From contig DATASI010000121.1 of the NCBI GenBank assembly GCA_036269255.1, positions 7,875 to 71,874 on the forward strand: a stretch of 64,000 bases of DNA, given 5' to 3'. Below are positions 33,631 to 43,473 of the stretch, in pieces. Made by a program: the position numbers and the translations under genes. The DNA is from Candidatus Dormiibacterota bacterium. Its GTDB lineage: Bacteria > Chloroflexota > Dormibacteria > CF-121. The notes below the pieces were generated by a model. The model was not told where the DNA came from, searched no databases, and saw nothing but the letters and a program-made list of their open reading frames with translations. The first letter of the stretch is position 1. Each line of letters begins with the position of its first letter.

Positions 33631-35493
33631 ATGGAAGAATCGATACGGCGATGGTGGAGTCGGCCGACCGTCGCCATTGGGGTTGGCGCGATGGCGAGCG
33701 TGCTGCTGGCCGCCTGCGGCGGTACCAACCCTGGCAACACCACGAGTGCAAGCATCAACTCGAGCTATAGCCCCGCCAAGGGCACGACCGGCGGGCAGCT
33801 TGTCTACTCCGACTGGGAGCCGGTCCAGGATCTCAACGTGCTCACCAGCTCGGCGCAGACGACCCTGCAGGTGGCTGTCGGCCCGATCTGGTCGGCGCTG
33901 TGGGGCTTCGACGCCCAGAACAAGCCGATCCCTGACCTGGTCACCGACGTTCCCACTACCGACAACGGGATGGTCAAGAAGATCGACGACAAGCACATGG
34001 ACGTGACGATCAAGCTGAAGAGCGGCCTGAAGTGGTCCGACGGCTCGGCCCTGACGGCGAACGACGTCAAGTTCACCGTGGACGCGATCTGTAATCCGGA
34101 CGTGGGTGCATCTAGCCAGCTTGGCTTCGACCACATCGCCTCCCAGGAAGTCAAGGACAGCACGACGCTCATCTGGCACTTCGGTCCCAACAAGAGTGGG
34201 ACCTGCGGCCTCTCGTCCGACCTGACCAGCGGCATCTACTCGCCGTATTTGATCCTGGGTCTGTCCGTGACCGTCGTTCCCCAGGCGGCGCTTTCCAACC
34301 TGGCGCCCAAGAACTGGGCGACCTCCGATTACTTCACCAAGAAGCCGACCCCGACCAGCGGTCCCTACATGGTCCAGGACTTCACGCCGGGGCCGTCGGC
34401 GATCGTGACCCTGGTTCCGAACCCGAATTACGCGGCGGGACGGAGCGGCGCCAAGTTCTTCGGTCACGCGCCCTACCTGCAGAAGCTGACCTACAAGATC
34501 TACGGCGACAAGTCGTCCCAGATTGCCGGCATCAAGTCGGGCGACACCGACCTCGGCCTGGACCTGATCGCCAAGGACCTGCCCTCGATTCAGAGTGGCT
34601 GGAACGGCAAGGCGGTGTACGCGAACGGTCTGCTGAATGAGGGGATCTACATGAACCTCAGCAACAACGAGAGCGCGTGCAAGGCGCAGCAATACGCCGA
34701 AACCTGCGGCACGCCGACCGTCTTCAAGGACGACAAGCTGCTGCGGCAGGCGGTCCAGCTGGCCTCCGACCTGGACGCGATGAACACCCAGCTCGTCGGC
34801 GGCATCGGCAAGCCGATGAACACGTTCCTGCCCTCGACGCTGTCGCCCTACTACGACACCAGCGCGCCGAAGTTCGTGCGTAACGTGACCAAGGCGAACT
34901 CGCTGCTCGACCAGGACGGCTGGACCAAGAACGCCGACGGTACCCGCAGCAAGAACGGCAAGAAGCTGGCCTGGGTGATCAGCACCACCTCGGGCAACCC
35001 GCAGCGGGCGGCCGAGGAAGAGCTGTTGATCAGCAACTGGAAGGACATCGGCGCCACGGTGACGACCAAGAACTGGCCCGCCGGCCAATTCTTCGACGGC
35101 TTCACCAACGGCGGCATCAACGCCACCGGGCAATACGACATGTCGCTCTACGCCAACAGCTTTGCCCCTGACCCCGACTCCTGGGCCTCGCTGGCGATCT
35201 CGAGCCAGATCCCGACCGCGGCCAACCCGTCCGGCTCGAACTGGGACCGCATGCGCGATCCCAAGCTAGACGATCTGCTGACCAAGGGCGAGAACACCAT
35301 CGACATCAACTCGCGCATCTCGCTCTACAAGCAGGCGCAGACCGAATGGGCGGATTACATGGGCTACTTCGGCCTCTACGAGCGGCCTGACGTTTTCGGA
35401 GTGGGTAACAACTTCGGGAACTTCTACCCGACGGCGAACACCTGTGTTTCGACCTGCAACGCTGCCGACTGGTACAAGAAGGGAGCGTCCTAA
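33631..35493 (+). CDS. ABC transporter substrate-binding lipoprotein, family 5 (peptide/oligopeptide/nickel type)
   Basis: Signal peptide with a lipobox LLAACGG. SBP_bac_5-like throughout. A strong AAGGAGGG RBS lies upstream. Confidence 0.85.
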   Translation: MEESIRRWWSRPTVAIGVGAMASVLLAACGGTNPGNTTSASINSSYSPAKGTTGGQLVYSDWEPVQDLNVLTSSAQTTLQVAVGPIWSALWGFDAQNKPIPDLVTDVPTTDNGMVKKIDDKHMDVTIKLKSGLKWSDGSALTANDVKFTVDAICNPDVGASSQLGFDHIASQEVKDSTTLIWHFGPNKSGTCGLSSDLTSGIYSPYLILGLSVTVVPQAALSNLAPKNWATSDYFTKKPTPTSGPYMVQDFTPGPSAIVTLVPNPNYAAGRSGAKFFGHAPYLQKLTYKIYGDKSSQIAGIKSGDTDLGLDLIAKDLPSIQSGWNGKAVYANGLLNEGIYMNLSNNESACKAQQYAETCGTPTVFKDDKLLRQAVQLASDLDAMNTQLVGGIGKPMNTFLPSTLSPYYDTSAPKFVRNVTKANSLLDQDGWTKNADGTRSKNGKKLAWVISTTSGNPQRAAEEELLISNWKDIGATVTTKNWPAGQFFDGFTNGGINATGQYDMSLYANSFAPDPDSWASLAISSQIPTAANPSGSNWDRMRDPKLDDLLTKGENTIDINSRISLYKQAQTEWADYMGYFGLYERPDVFGVGNNFGNFYPTANTCVSTCNAADWYKKGAS

Positions 35494-35586
35494 AGCGCGT
35501 CACTTCGACTGCTAGGTTGAGAGCGGCCACTTGGCCGCTCTCAACCATTCGGCTATAGTTCAAAACGGGGAGAGCATCCAGGCCAT

Positions 35587-36594
35587 ATGGTTGGGTTTGT
35601 CGGGCGCCGGCTCCTGCAGTCGATCCCGACCCTGCTCCTGATTTCGTTACTGCTCTTCTTCGGCATGCAGGCGGTCCCGGGTGGGCCACTGTCCGCCTTC
35701 GCCTTCCGTCCGGGGATGAGCCAGGCGGCGCGCCAGGCGATCATCCACCAGTGGGGACTGGACCAGCCGATCTACGTCCAATACCTCCAGTGGGCCAAGT
35801 CGATGGTCACCGGCAACTGGCAGTTTTCCTTCTTCATGCACCGCTCGGTGCGCGAGGTGATCTTCTCGCGACTTCCGGCGACCGTCATCCTGATGGTCAC
35901 GGCGTACGTGATCCAGCAGGTGATCGCGCTGCCGGCCGGGATCATCGCCGCGCTCAAGCGCTACTCGTTCTTCGATCAGGCGCTCACGTTCTTCTCCTAC
36001 GTCGGCTACTCGATGCCGACCTTCTGGCTGGGGCTGATGCTACTGCTGATCTTCGCGGTCTTCGTGCCGATCTTCCCGGTGGCCGGCATCATCAACGTCA
36101 GGCTGTCGGGCGCGCCATTTCTGACGTCGGATTACAACGCCTGGTTCGGCCAGAATCCGATCGCGGGGATTCTCGACATCATGGTCCATATCGTGCTGCC
36201 CGCGACGACGATCGCCATCGTCGGTATCGCCGGTGACTCTCGCTTCATGCGGTCGTCGATGCTCGATGCGATCCATCAGGACTACGTCCGCACCGCGAGG
36301 GCGAAAGGCCTGAGCGAGCGCGTGGTGGTCCTCAAGCATGCGCTGCGCAACGCCCTGCTCCCGGTCGTCACCAACATCGCGATCGAGCTGCCACTCCTCT
36401 TCTCGGGGGCGGTCGTCACGGAGGCGATCTTCAGCTGGCCGGGGATGGGCCAGCTGTTCTTCCAGGCCCTGGAAGCGTTCGACTATCCCTTGCTGATGGG
36501 CATCCTCTCCGTATCCGCGATCCTGATCGTGCTCTTCAACCTGCTCGCCGACATCGCCTACGCCTACATCGACCCGAGGATCTCCTATGCTTGA
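35587..36594 (+). CDS. ABC transporter permease (DppB/OppB-like)
   Basis: BPD_transp_1 motifs with an EAA-like loop (…DYVRTARAKGLSERVVVLKHALRNALLPV…) and 6 TM helices. Confidence 0.85.
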   Translation: MVGFVGRRLLQSIPTLLLISLLLFFGMQAVPGGPLSAFAFRPGMSQAARQAIIHQWGLDQPIYVQYLQWAKSMVTGNWQFSFFMHRSVREVIFSRLPATVILMVTAYVIQQVIALPAGIIAALKRYSFFDQALTFFSYVGYSMPTFWLGLMLLLIFAVFVPIFPVAGIINVRLSGAPFLTSDYNAWFGQNPIAGILDIMVHIVLPATTIAIVGIAGDSRFMRSSMLDAIHQDYVRTARAKGLSERVVVLKHALRNALLPVVTNIAIELPLLFSGAVVTEAIFSWPGMGQLFFQALEAFDYPLLMGILSVSAILIVLFNLLADIAYAYIDPRISYA

Positions 36595-37540
36595 CACCCG
36601 CCAGGTCGGGGGCGAGTCGCTTGGCGCGGTCACCGCCGGGGCACTGGCCGGCGACGACGTCACCGTCAGGCAGTTCAGCTTCCGCGAGCTGACCTACCGC
36701 CGGTTCATGAGCCACCCGACGGCGAAGTGGGCCCTCCTCGCGCTGGGTATCCTGATTGTCGCCTGCTACGGCGCTCCACTCTGGCACCTCTTGTTTCCGA
36801 ATTACATCCAGGCTCCAGACCAGTTTTCGCTGCTGGATGCCGGCACCGGCCCCTCGCTGAAGCACCTCTTCGGAACGGATTCGTACAACGGCCACGACAT
36901 CTTCAGCCTGGTGCTCTACGGAGGCCGCTTCTCGATCTTCATCGGAATCGGGTCGATGGTGATTGCCGCGATCATCGGCGTCACCTGGGGGGCGACCGCT
37001 GGGTACTTCGGCCACGCGCTGGATGCCCTCTTGATGCGCATTACCGATGTCTTCCTCACGATCCCCGCCCTGCTGCTGGTGCCGCTCGCCGCCAGGGTGT
37101 TCGGCGAGGCGTCCCCCTGGAAGATCGCGCTGATCTTCGGGCTGCTGAGCTGGCCGTCGATCTCGCGTATCGTGCGCAGCCAATTCCTGTCCCTCCGCGA
37201 GATGCAGTTCGCGGAGGCTGCGCGGGCTCTCGGGGTGCCAAACCGACGGATCATCTTCCGCCACCTGTTGCCCAACGCGGTCGGCCCGATCGTGGTGGCC
37301 TTCACGCTGGGCATCGCCAACAACATCGTGCTGGAGGCATTCGTCAGTTTTCTCGGGTTCGGCATTCAGCCGCCCAACTACTCCTGGGGCTCGACGCTCG
37401 CCGGCGCGCAGGGTGTGCTGGTACAGGGCAACTGGTGGTGGATCACCTTCCCCGGCCTGGCGGTCGTCGTCACCGTGCTCTGCATCAACTTCATCGGTGA
37501 CGGGCTGCGCGACGCGCTGGATCCCAAGATCATCCGCTAG
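36587..37540 (+). CDS. ABC transporter permease (DppC/OppC-like)
   Basis: HLFGTDSYNGHDIFSLVLYG…; EAA loop FAEAARALGVPNRRIIFRHLLPNA. It overlaps the upstream permease gene by 8 nt. Confidence 0.85.
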   Translation: MLDTRQVGGESLGAVTAGALAGDDVTVRQFSFRELTYRRFMSHPTAKWALLALGILIVACYGAPLWHLLFPNYIQAPDQFSLLDAGTGPSLKHLFGTDSYNGHDIFSLVLYGGRFSIFIGIGSMVIAAIIGVTWGATAGYFGHALDALLMRITDVFLTIPALLLVPLAARVFGEASPWKIALIFGLLSWPSISRIVRSQFLSLREMQFAEAARALGVPNRRIIFRHLLPNAVGPIVVAFTLGIANNIVLEAFVSFLGFGIQPPNYSWGSTLAGAQGVLVQGNWWWITFPGLAVVVTVLCINFIGDGLRDALDPKIIR

Positions 37541-37576
37541 CGCAGAACCCGACCCTGCGTTACGAGAGGATCAGGC

Positions 37577-38626
37577 TCAGGCGGTCTCGCCGGCGAAGTG
37601 ACAGGCGGCCAGGTGCCCCGAGCCCCATTCCTTGAGCGGCGGTTCCTGCTCTGCGCAGATCCCGTTGATGGTGCCTTTGGCTTTGGCCAGCGGGCAGCGA
37701 GTCCGGAAATGGCAGCCCGATGGTGGATTGAAGGGGCTGGGGACGTCCCCGGTGAGCTTGATCCGCTCGTGGCGCTGGCCCGGGTCCGGGTTGGGGATCG
37801 CCGAGAGCAGTGATTGCGTGTAGGGGTGCAGGGGACTGCCGTAGAGCTCGGTTGACCCGGCGAGCTCGACGATCTTGCCCAGGTACATGACGGCGATGCG
37901 GTCGCTGATATAGGCGACCACCGCCAGGTTGTGGGCGACAAAGAGATAGGTGAGATTGAACTCCTGCTTCAGCTCCACCAGCAGGTTGAGCACCTGCGAC
38001 TGGATGGAAACGTCGAGTGCCGAGACCGGCTCGTCGGCGACGACCAGCTTGGGATGCAGGGCGAGCGCGCGGGCGATCCCGATCCGCTGGCGCTGGCCGC
38101 CGGAGAACTCGTGGGGGTAACGGTTCAGGTACTCGGGGCGTAGCCCGACCTGGAGCAGGATCTCGCGGACGGTGTTCTCACGCTGGCGCCGCCGCCGAAT
38201 GCCGTGCACGAGCAGACCCTCGCCGATGATGTCGCCGACCGACATCCGGGGATTCAGCGAGCCGATCGGGTCCTGGAAGATCATCTGCATGTCCGCACGG
38301 ACCGCCTTCATGCCGCGCCGTCCGAGCCGGGTGATGTCGCGACCCTCGAATTCGATGCTGCCGGCGGTTGGCTCGACCAGCCGCAGGATCGACCGGCCGA
38401 GCGTCGACTTGCCGCAGCCCGACTCGCCCACCAGGCCGAGCGTTTCCCCCTGGGCCACGTCCAGGTCGACCCCGTCGACGGCCTTGATGAACCCGATGGT
38501 CCGCTGCAGGAAGCCGCGGCGAACCGGGAAGTATTTCTTCAGACCGCGCACCTCGAGCAGCTGTTCGCCACCGGTGAGCACGACCGGCCGTGGGGGAGAG
38601 GTGCTGGTCGGTTCGGTCGCGGCCAT
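37577..38626 (-). CDS. Oligopeptide/dipeptide ABC transporter ATP-binding protein (DppF/OppF-like)
   Basis: Start at the internal ATG 38626 (MAATEPTS…[11 protein letters not shown]). Walker [10 protein letters not shown], signature [14 protein letters not shown] and a C-terminal oligopeptide-ABC extension. The ORF-track N-terminal 34 aa is spurious. Confidence 0.85.
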   Translation of the reverse strand: MAATEPTSTSPPRPVVLTGGEQLLEVRGLKKYFPVRRGFLQRTIGFIKAVDGVDLDVAQGETLGLVGESGCGKSTLGRSILRLVEPTAGSIEFEGRDITRLGRRGMKAVRADMQMIFQDPIGSLNPRMSVGDIIGEGLLVHGIRRRRQRENTVREILLQVGLRPEYLNRYPHEFSGGQRQRIGIARALALHPKLVVADEPVSALDVSIQSQVLNLLVELKQEFNLTYLFVAHNLAVVAYISDRIAVMYLGKIVELAGSTELYGSPLHPYTQSLLSAIPNPDPGQRHERIKLTGDVPSPFNPPSGCHFRTRCPLAKAKGTINGICAEQEPPLKEWGSGHLAACHFAGETA

Positions 38627-38636
38627 GGTTAGCCGG

Positions 38637-39698
38637 CTAACCCTCCGCCGAGGTGGCGCTCGGATGCGTCTCAACTGGCTTTGGCGCGAACGCCTCACCC
38701 GCGGTCGGCGGCGTCGCGACCACCGCACGACGACCCCCCTCGACGAGCCAGCACGCGGCTTTCTGGCCGCCGATGTCGAAGAGCGGCGGTGGCGTCACGC
38801 ACTTGTCGAAGGCGTAGTCGCAACGCGCCATGAAGCGGCAGGTTTTCGGCCAGCGAATCGGGTTGGGAACGACGCCGCGGATCACGGCGAGCTTCTGCGC
38901 CTGGGTCATCCCCAGACGTGGAATCGACTTCAAGAGGCCTTCGGTGTAGGGCATCTGCGGTGAGCGGAACAATGTGTTGACGTCGGCTTGCTCGACGATC
39001 TGGCCGGCGTACATGACGGCAACGTCCTTGCACATCTCAGCCACCACCCCGAGGTCGTGGGTGATCAGCAGGATGGACATCTTGAGCCGCTGCTGGAGGT
39101 CACGCATCAGGTCCAGGATCTGGGCCTGGATGGTGACGTCGAGGGCGGTCGTGGGCTCGTCCGCGATCAGCAACTTGGGGTTGCAGGAGAGCGCCATGGC
39201 GATCATCACGCGCTGACGCATTCCGCCCGACATGTTGTGGGGATAGTCACTGACGCGCCGCTCGGGTGATGGGATGCGCACCAGGTCGAGCATCTCGATC
39301 GCCCGCTTCCAGGCGTCCTTCCGCGAGAGCTTCAGGTGCAGCTGGACGGCCTCCGCGATCTGGTCGCCGACGGTGTAGACCGGATTGAGCGACGTCATCG
39401 GCTCCTGGAAGATCATCGCGATCTCGGAGCCGCGGATATGGCGCATCTCGTCGATCTCCAGCTCGGCCAGATCCTTGTCCTTGAAGAGGATGTGCCCGCC
39501 CGCGATCTCGCCCGGGTAATCGATCAGGCGCATGATGCTCAGCGCGGTGACGCTCTTGCCGCAGCCGGACTCGCCCACCAGGCCCATCGTTTCGCCCTGC
39601 GGGATCGCGAACGATACGCCATCGACCGCGCGCACGACGCCGTCGCGCGTCTGGAAATGGGTTTCGAGATTCTGAACGCGAAGCAGGTCAGCCGTGTG
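38637..39698 (-). CDS. Oligopeptide/dipeptide ABC transporter ATP-binding protein (DppD/OppD-like); N-terminus lacks an in-frame canonical start
   Basis: [23 protein letters not shown] and the DppD C-terminal domain. Conserved N-terminal residues ([28 protein letters not shown]) are encoded upstream of the first in-frame start (GTG 39635). A TTG with a GGAGGAAG Shine-Dalgarno lies in the +1 frame just upstream. Confidence 0.75.
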   Translation of the reverse strand, partial: HTADLLRVQNLETHFQTRDGVVRAVDGVSFAIPQGETMGLVGESGCGKSVTALSIMRLIDYPGEIAGGHILFKDKDLAELEIDEMRHIRGSEIAMIFQEPMTSLNPVYTVGDQIAEAVQLHLKLSRKDAWKRAIEMLDLVRIPSPERRVSDYPHNMSGGMRQRVMIAMALSCNPKLLIADEPTTALDVTIQAQILDLMRDLQQRLKMSILLITHDLGVVAEMCKDVAVMYAGQIVEQADVNTLFRSPQMPYTEGLLKSIPRLGMTQAQKLAVIRGVVPNPIRWPKTCRFMARCDYAFDKCVTPPPLFDIGGQKAACWLVEGGRRAVVATPPTAGEAFAPKPVETHPSATSAEG

Positions 39699-39887
39699 CG
39701 CGCCCCTCTCGCAGGACCAAAACGGCTTCCTCCCCTGTCAGCGAAGCGTGCTGGGTAGACGCATCCATAGAAGGGCGCACCCTGAGTTCAAAACGATCTT
39801 ATCAGCCCAACGCCTGGCCGTCATCGCCCTGGAACGGGCGGTGGTTCGCGCCGCGAATGAACCGATCCACCGGGATAGAATCGCCCG

Positions 39888-41138
39888 GTGTTCGGCGGCG
39901 TGCTGTGGCGTCATCCTGACTTTCTCAAGCTCTGGGCGGGCGAGACCGTCAGCGAGTTCGGCACCCAGATCACCCAGCTCGCCATGCCGACCGTGGCCAT
40001 CCTCATCCTGCATGCGGGTCCCTTCCAGGTCGGGATCCTCTCGGCGCTCGAGTTCCTTGCCTTTCCAACCCTGGGGCTGGTCGCCGGGGTCTACGCCGAC
40101 CGGCTGCGGCGGCGGCCGATCATGATCGTCTGCGACCTGGGCCGGCTGGCGGCGCTGGCCTCGATCCCGATCACATTCAGCCTGGGGGCCTTGACGCTCC
40201 CGCAGCTCTACGTCGTCGCACTGATCAGCGGCATCTTCACCGTCTTTTTCGACGTCGCCTATCAGTCCTACCTGCCGGTGCTGGTCGACCGTCCGAACCT
40301 GATCGAAGGCAACACCAAGCTGGAGGTGACGCGTTCTGGTTCGCAGATCGCCGGGCCCGCGGTCGCCGGATTCTTGATCCAGCTGATCGGCGGAGCCAGG
40401 GCGGTAGCGGTCGACGCGGTCTCCTTCCTGGTCTCCGCGCTGGCCCTGGCATTGATCAAAAACCCGGAACCGGTGCCGAAGCCAGGGACGGCGTCTGGAC
40501 AGACCGGGTTTCTGGTCGAGATGCGCGAGGGCGTCGAGGTCGTGTTCAAGAACCCCTTGCTCTGGCGGATCGCCGCCACCACCGCGACCAGCAATCTGGG
40601 ATCCAACATGATCTTCGGCGCGGTCTTCCTGGTCTTTGCCTATCGCGATCTGCACCTGACCGCCGGTCTGGTTGGACTGGTCTTTGCCATCAGCAGCGTG
40701 GGCTTTCTGGTGGGGGCCGTGATCGCGGGCTGGGCGGCTCGAACGATCGGTCTCGGGTTGACGCTTGCGCTGTCGATCCTTCTCGGTGGCCTGGTCAGCG
40801 TTGGAATCCCGCTCGCCCGGTTTGGAGCGCCCGTCGTCATTCTCAGTGTCCTTGGCTTCGTCGCCTTCTTGATGGGACCGATCTACAACATCAATCAGGT
40901 CAGCCTCCGTCAGGCGATCACGCCCGACCGGGTACAGGGACGAATGAACGCCACGATGCGCACCATCGTCTGGGGAACGATCCCCATCGGCGCGGTGGTC
41001 GGGGGAATCCTCGGGACGGCCATCGGGGTGGTGCCGACCATCATCCTGGGCAGCCTGGTATCGGCCGCGGCGGCGTTCTGGATCTTTCTCGGACCGGTTG
41101 TCGGTTTGAAGCGACAGCCCGAGCCGGTGCCGGCGTGA
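39888..41138 (+). CDS. MFS transporter
   Basis: 416 aa with 12 TM helices and an MFS motif …GVYADRLRRRP…. The start codon is GTG. Confidence 0.8.
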   Translation: MFGGVLWRHPDFLKLWAGETVSEFGTQITQLAMPTVAILILHAGPFQVGILSALEFLAFPTLGLVAGVYADRLRRRPIMIVCDLGRLAALASIPITFSLGALTLPQLYVVALISGIFTVFFDVAYQSYLPVLVDRPNLIEGNTKLEVTRSGSQIAGPAVAGFLIQLIGGARAVAVDAVSFLVSALALALIKNPEPVPKPGTASGQTGFLVEMREGVEVVFKNPLLWRIAATTATSNLGSNMIFGAVFLVFAYRDLHLTAGLVGLVFAISSVGFLVGAVIAGWAARTIGLGLTLALSILLGGLVSVGIPLARFGAPVVILSVLGFVAFLMGPIYNINQVSLRQAITPDRVQGRMNATMRTIVWGTIPIGAVVGGILGTAIGVVPTIILGSLVSAAAAFWIFLGPVVGLKRQPEPVPA

Positions 41139-42316
41139 GCCGGCTGCTGATCCAGGACGCCTGCCTGGCCGATGGGCGGTCCGCCAGCCTGCAGGTCGAG
41201 ATCAGCTTGCTGATCGAGAACGGTCGGATCGCCGCCATCGGACCCAGGGACGCGATCGATCCGGGTGGGGCGGAGATTCTCGACGGCGGTGGTGCGACCA
41301 TCGTCCCCGCCTTCGTCGATGCGCACAGCCACCTGACGATGCCGGGTGGCAGCCACTGGATCGAGCGCGGGTCCGATCCGCCCGATCGGCTCCGCGAGGT
41401 CGCGCGTCAGAACGCGGCACGGCTGGTCCAGGCCGGCATCCTCTGGGCACGCGACGTCGGGGCGCCGGCGGGTCCGGACGGCCGGGCCCTGAGCCTCGAG
41501 GTGCGAACGGAGCTGCGCGCTCGACCGGGCGCGCCCTATATCCGGGCCGCCGGGACCTGGATCGCCAAGGAGGGCTATCTGCCGATGACCGTCCCGGTTG
41601 CCGACGGGGCAGGGCTGCGATCGGCAGCGCTGGCGCAGCTCGATGCCGGTGCAGACTTCGTCAAGATCATGCTCGACCCGCCTGGCCGCGGGGACCGCTG
41701 CCCGTTCACGGTTGATGATGTGCGCCTTGCGGTCGAGGCGGTACACGAGCGGGGACGCCGCATCACCGCCCATGCCACGATCCTCGATGGCGCACGCGTG
41801 GGCGCGGAGGCCGGCGTCGACTCGATCGAGCACGGCATGGAAGTCGATGATGCCGTGGCCGCGACCATGGCGAGGAACAACGTCGCGCTGGTGTCCACGC
41901 TGTCGGTGCTCGCCAGCTGGAGGACGTTCGAACGGACCACGCGGATCGACCGCTTTGTCGGCGAGGAAGGCAAGCGTCGGTTGGCCGCGCGCCGCGAGGG
42001 AGCGGTTGCGGCGATCAGGGCGGCGCAGCGGGCCGGTGTGCGGATCGCGGCCGGCTCAGACTTCGGTGGCGGCTCGGTGCGCGCCGGTCACCTGGCGTGG
42101 GAGGTTGAGCTGCTGGTGGAGGCGGGCGTGTCGCCGCAGGAGGCGCTGGCCGCCGTCACCTGGCGGGGCGGTGAGCTACTTGGGATCGCCCATGCCGGCC
42201 GGCTGCAGCAAGGCGATCCCGCGGACCTGGTGCTGGTCCACGGTGATCCGCTGAGTGACCCGGCAACGCTGTGGCGGGTCTGGGCGGTCTTCAAGGCGGG
42301 CGAGCGGGTCGCCTGA
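41135..42316 (+). CDS. Amidohydrolase-family metal-dependent hydrolase
   Basis: HSHLTM (HxH metal site) is present, with the TIM-barrel amidohydrolase pattern …AHATIL…GVDSIEHG…. The GTG start overlaps the MFS stop by 4 nt. Confidence 0.78.
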   Translation: MSRLLIQDACLADGRSASLQVEISLLIENGRIAAIGPRDAIDPGGAEILDGGGATIVPAFVDAHSHLTMPGGSHWIERGSDPPDRLREVARQNAARLVQAGILWARDVGAPAGPDGRALSLEVRTELRARPGAPYIRAAGTWIAKEGYLPMTVPVADGAGLRSAALAQLDAGADFVKIMLDPPGRGDRCPFTVDDVRLAVEAVHERGRRITAHATILDGARVGAEAGVDSIEHGMEVDDAVAATMARNNVALVSTLSVLASWRTFERTTRIDRFVGEEGKRRLAARREGAVAAIRAAQRAGVRIAAGSDFGGGSVRAGHLAWEVELLVEAGVSPQEALAAVTWRGGELLGIAHAGRLQQGDPADLVLVHGDPLSDPATLWRVWAVFKAGERVA

Positions 42317-42444
42317 GGTCCACCCGGCCCCGGCCGGCAACGAGGTCGCGGTCTCGGACGGGCTGATCTGCAAGGAATCACTGTCCGCGAACCTTACGGC
42401 ATAATGAAGCCTCACTTTTCGCGCCGTTTCCCAGGAGTCTTGCC

Positions 42445-43473
42445 CTGCCCCAGCTTCGACAAGATCTGATCACCGGCCGATGGGTGGCCGTGGCGACCGA
42501 ACGTGCCAGGCGGCCCGACTCATTCACCCAGGCGGCCAAGGAATCCGTCGCGGCCCGCGACGTGTGCCCCTTCTGTCCGGGGCACGAGTCGATGACGCCG
42601 CCGGAGGTTCTGGCGTACCGGCACCCCGGCACCCTGCCCAACACCCAGGGATGGTGGATTCGTGTCGTGCCCAATCTCTATGCCGCCTTCCGGCTCGAGC
42701 CGGATGGGCAGGACCGTCAGGAGGGACCGTTCTGGCAGCGCGACGCGATTGGCGCCTGCGAGGTGCTGATTTCGAGCCCGGACCATCGCGCGCCGACCGC
42801 CGTACTGCCCCGCCGGCAGGTTGAGGAAATCGTGCAATCGTACCTCGACCGCTACCGGCATCACGCGCAGAACCCGGCGCTCGAGCACGTGCTGATCCTT
42901 TACAACCACGGCCGCCCGGCGGGCGCGTCGCTGGAGCACCCGCATTCCCAGCTGTATGCGATCGGGCTGGTGCCGCCGGCCTTCACCGATGAGCTCGCCG
43001 GCGCCCGTCGATGCCTCGATACCTACGGCGGGTGCGGCTTTTGCCGCACCCTGGAGGAGGAGCGGCAGGCCGCGGCGCGAATCGTGTTCGAAAATGAGGC
43101 GTTCGTGGTCTTTGCCCCCTTCGCCGCACGCACGCCGTTCGAAACCTGGGTCATGCCGCGGCGGCATCGGGCCTCGTTCGGCGATCTCGACGAGGCGAGC
43201 GAAAAGCCGGCGTTCGCCGAGGCCCTGCAGCTCACGCTGAGCGCGCTGCGCGAGGGCTTGAACGATCCGCCGTTCAATTACTACATTCACAGCGCGCCGC
43301 TGAAGGCGAAGGTCGACCAGGATTATCACTGGCACCTGGAGCTGATTCCCAAGCTCAGCACCGCCGCGGGCTTCGAGCTGGGGACGGGGATGTGGATCAA
43401 CGTGGTCAAACCCGAAGATTCCGCGGCCTTCCTTCGCGAAGGAATCAAGAAGCGGGTGGGACAACCGGCGTGA
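42445..43473 (+). CDS. Galactose-1-phosphate uridylyltransferase-like HIT-family nucleotidyltransferase (GalT type)
   Basis: The N-terminus reads …[22 protein letters not shown] Zn site CPFCPGHE and the HPHSQ active-site His-Pro-His are present. The first canonical start (GTG 42484) lies inside the conserved N-terminus. CTG 42445 is preceded by AGGAG with a 7-nt spacer. Confidence 0.75.
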   Translation: MPQLRQDLITGRWVAVATERARRPDSFTQAAKESVAARDVCPFCPGHESMTPPEVLAYRHPGTLPNTQGWWIRVVPNLYAAFRLEPDGQDRQEGPFWQRDAIGACEVLISSPDHRAPTAVLPRRQVEEIVQSYLDRYRHHAQNPALEHVLILYNHGRPAGASLEHPHSQLYAIGLVPPAFTDELAGARRCLDTYGGCGFCRTLEEERQAAARIVFENEAFVVFAPFAARTPFETWVMPRRHRASFGDLDEASEKPAFAEALQLTLSALREGLNDPPFNYYIHSAPLKAKVDQDYHWHLELIPKLSTAAGFELGTGMWINVVKPEDSAAFLREGIKKRVGQPA

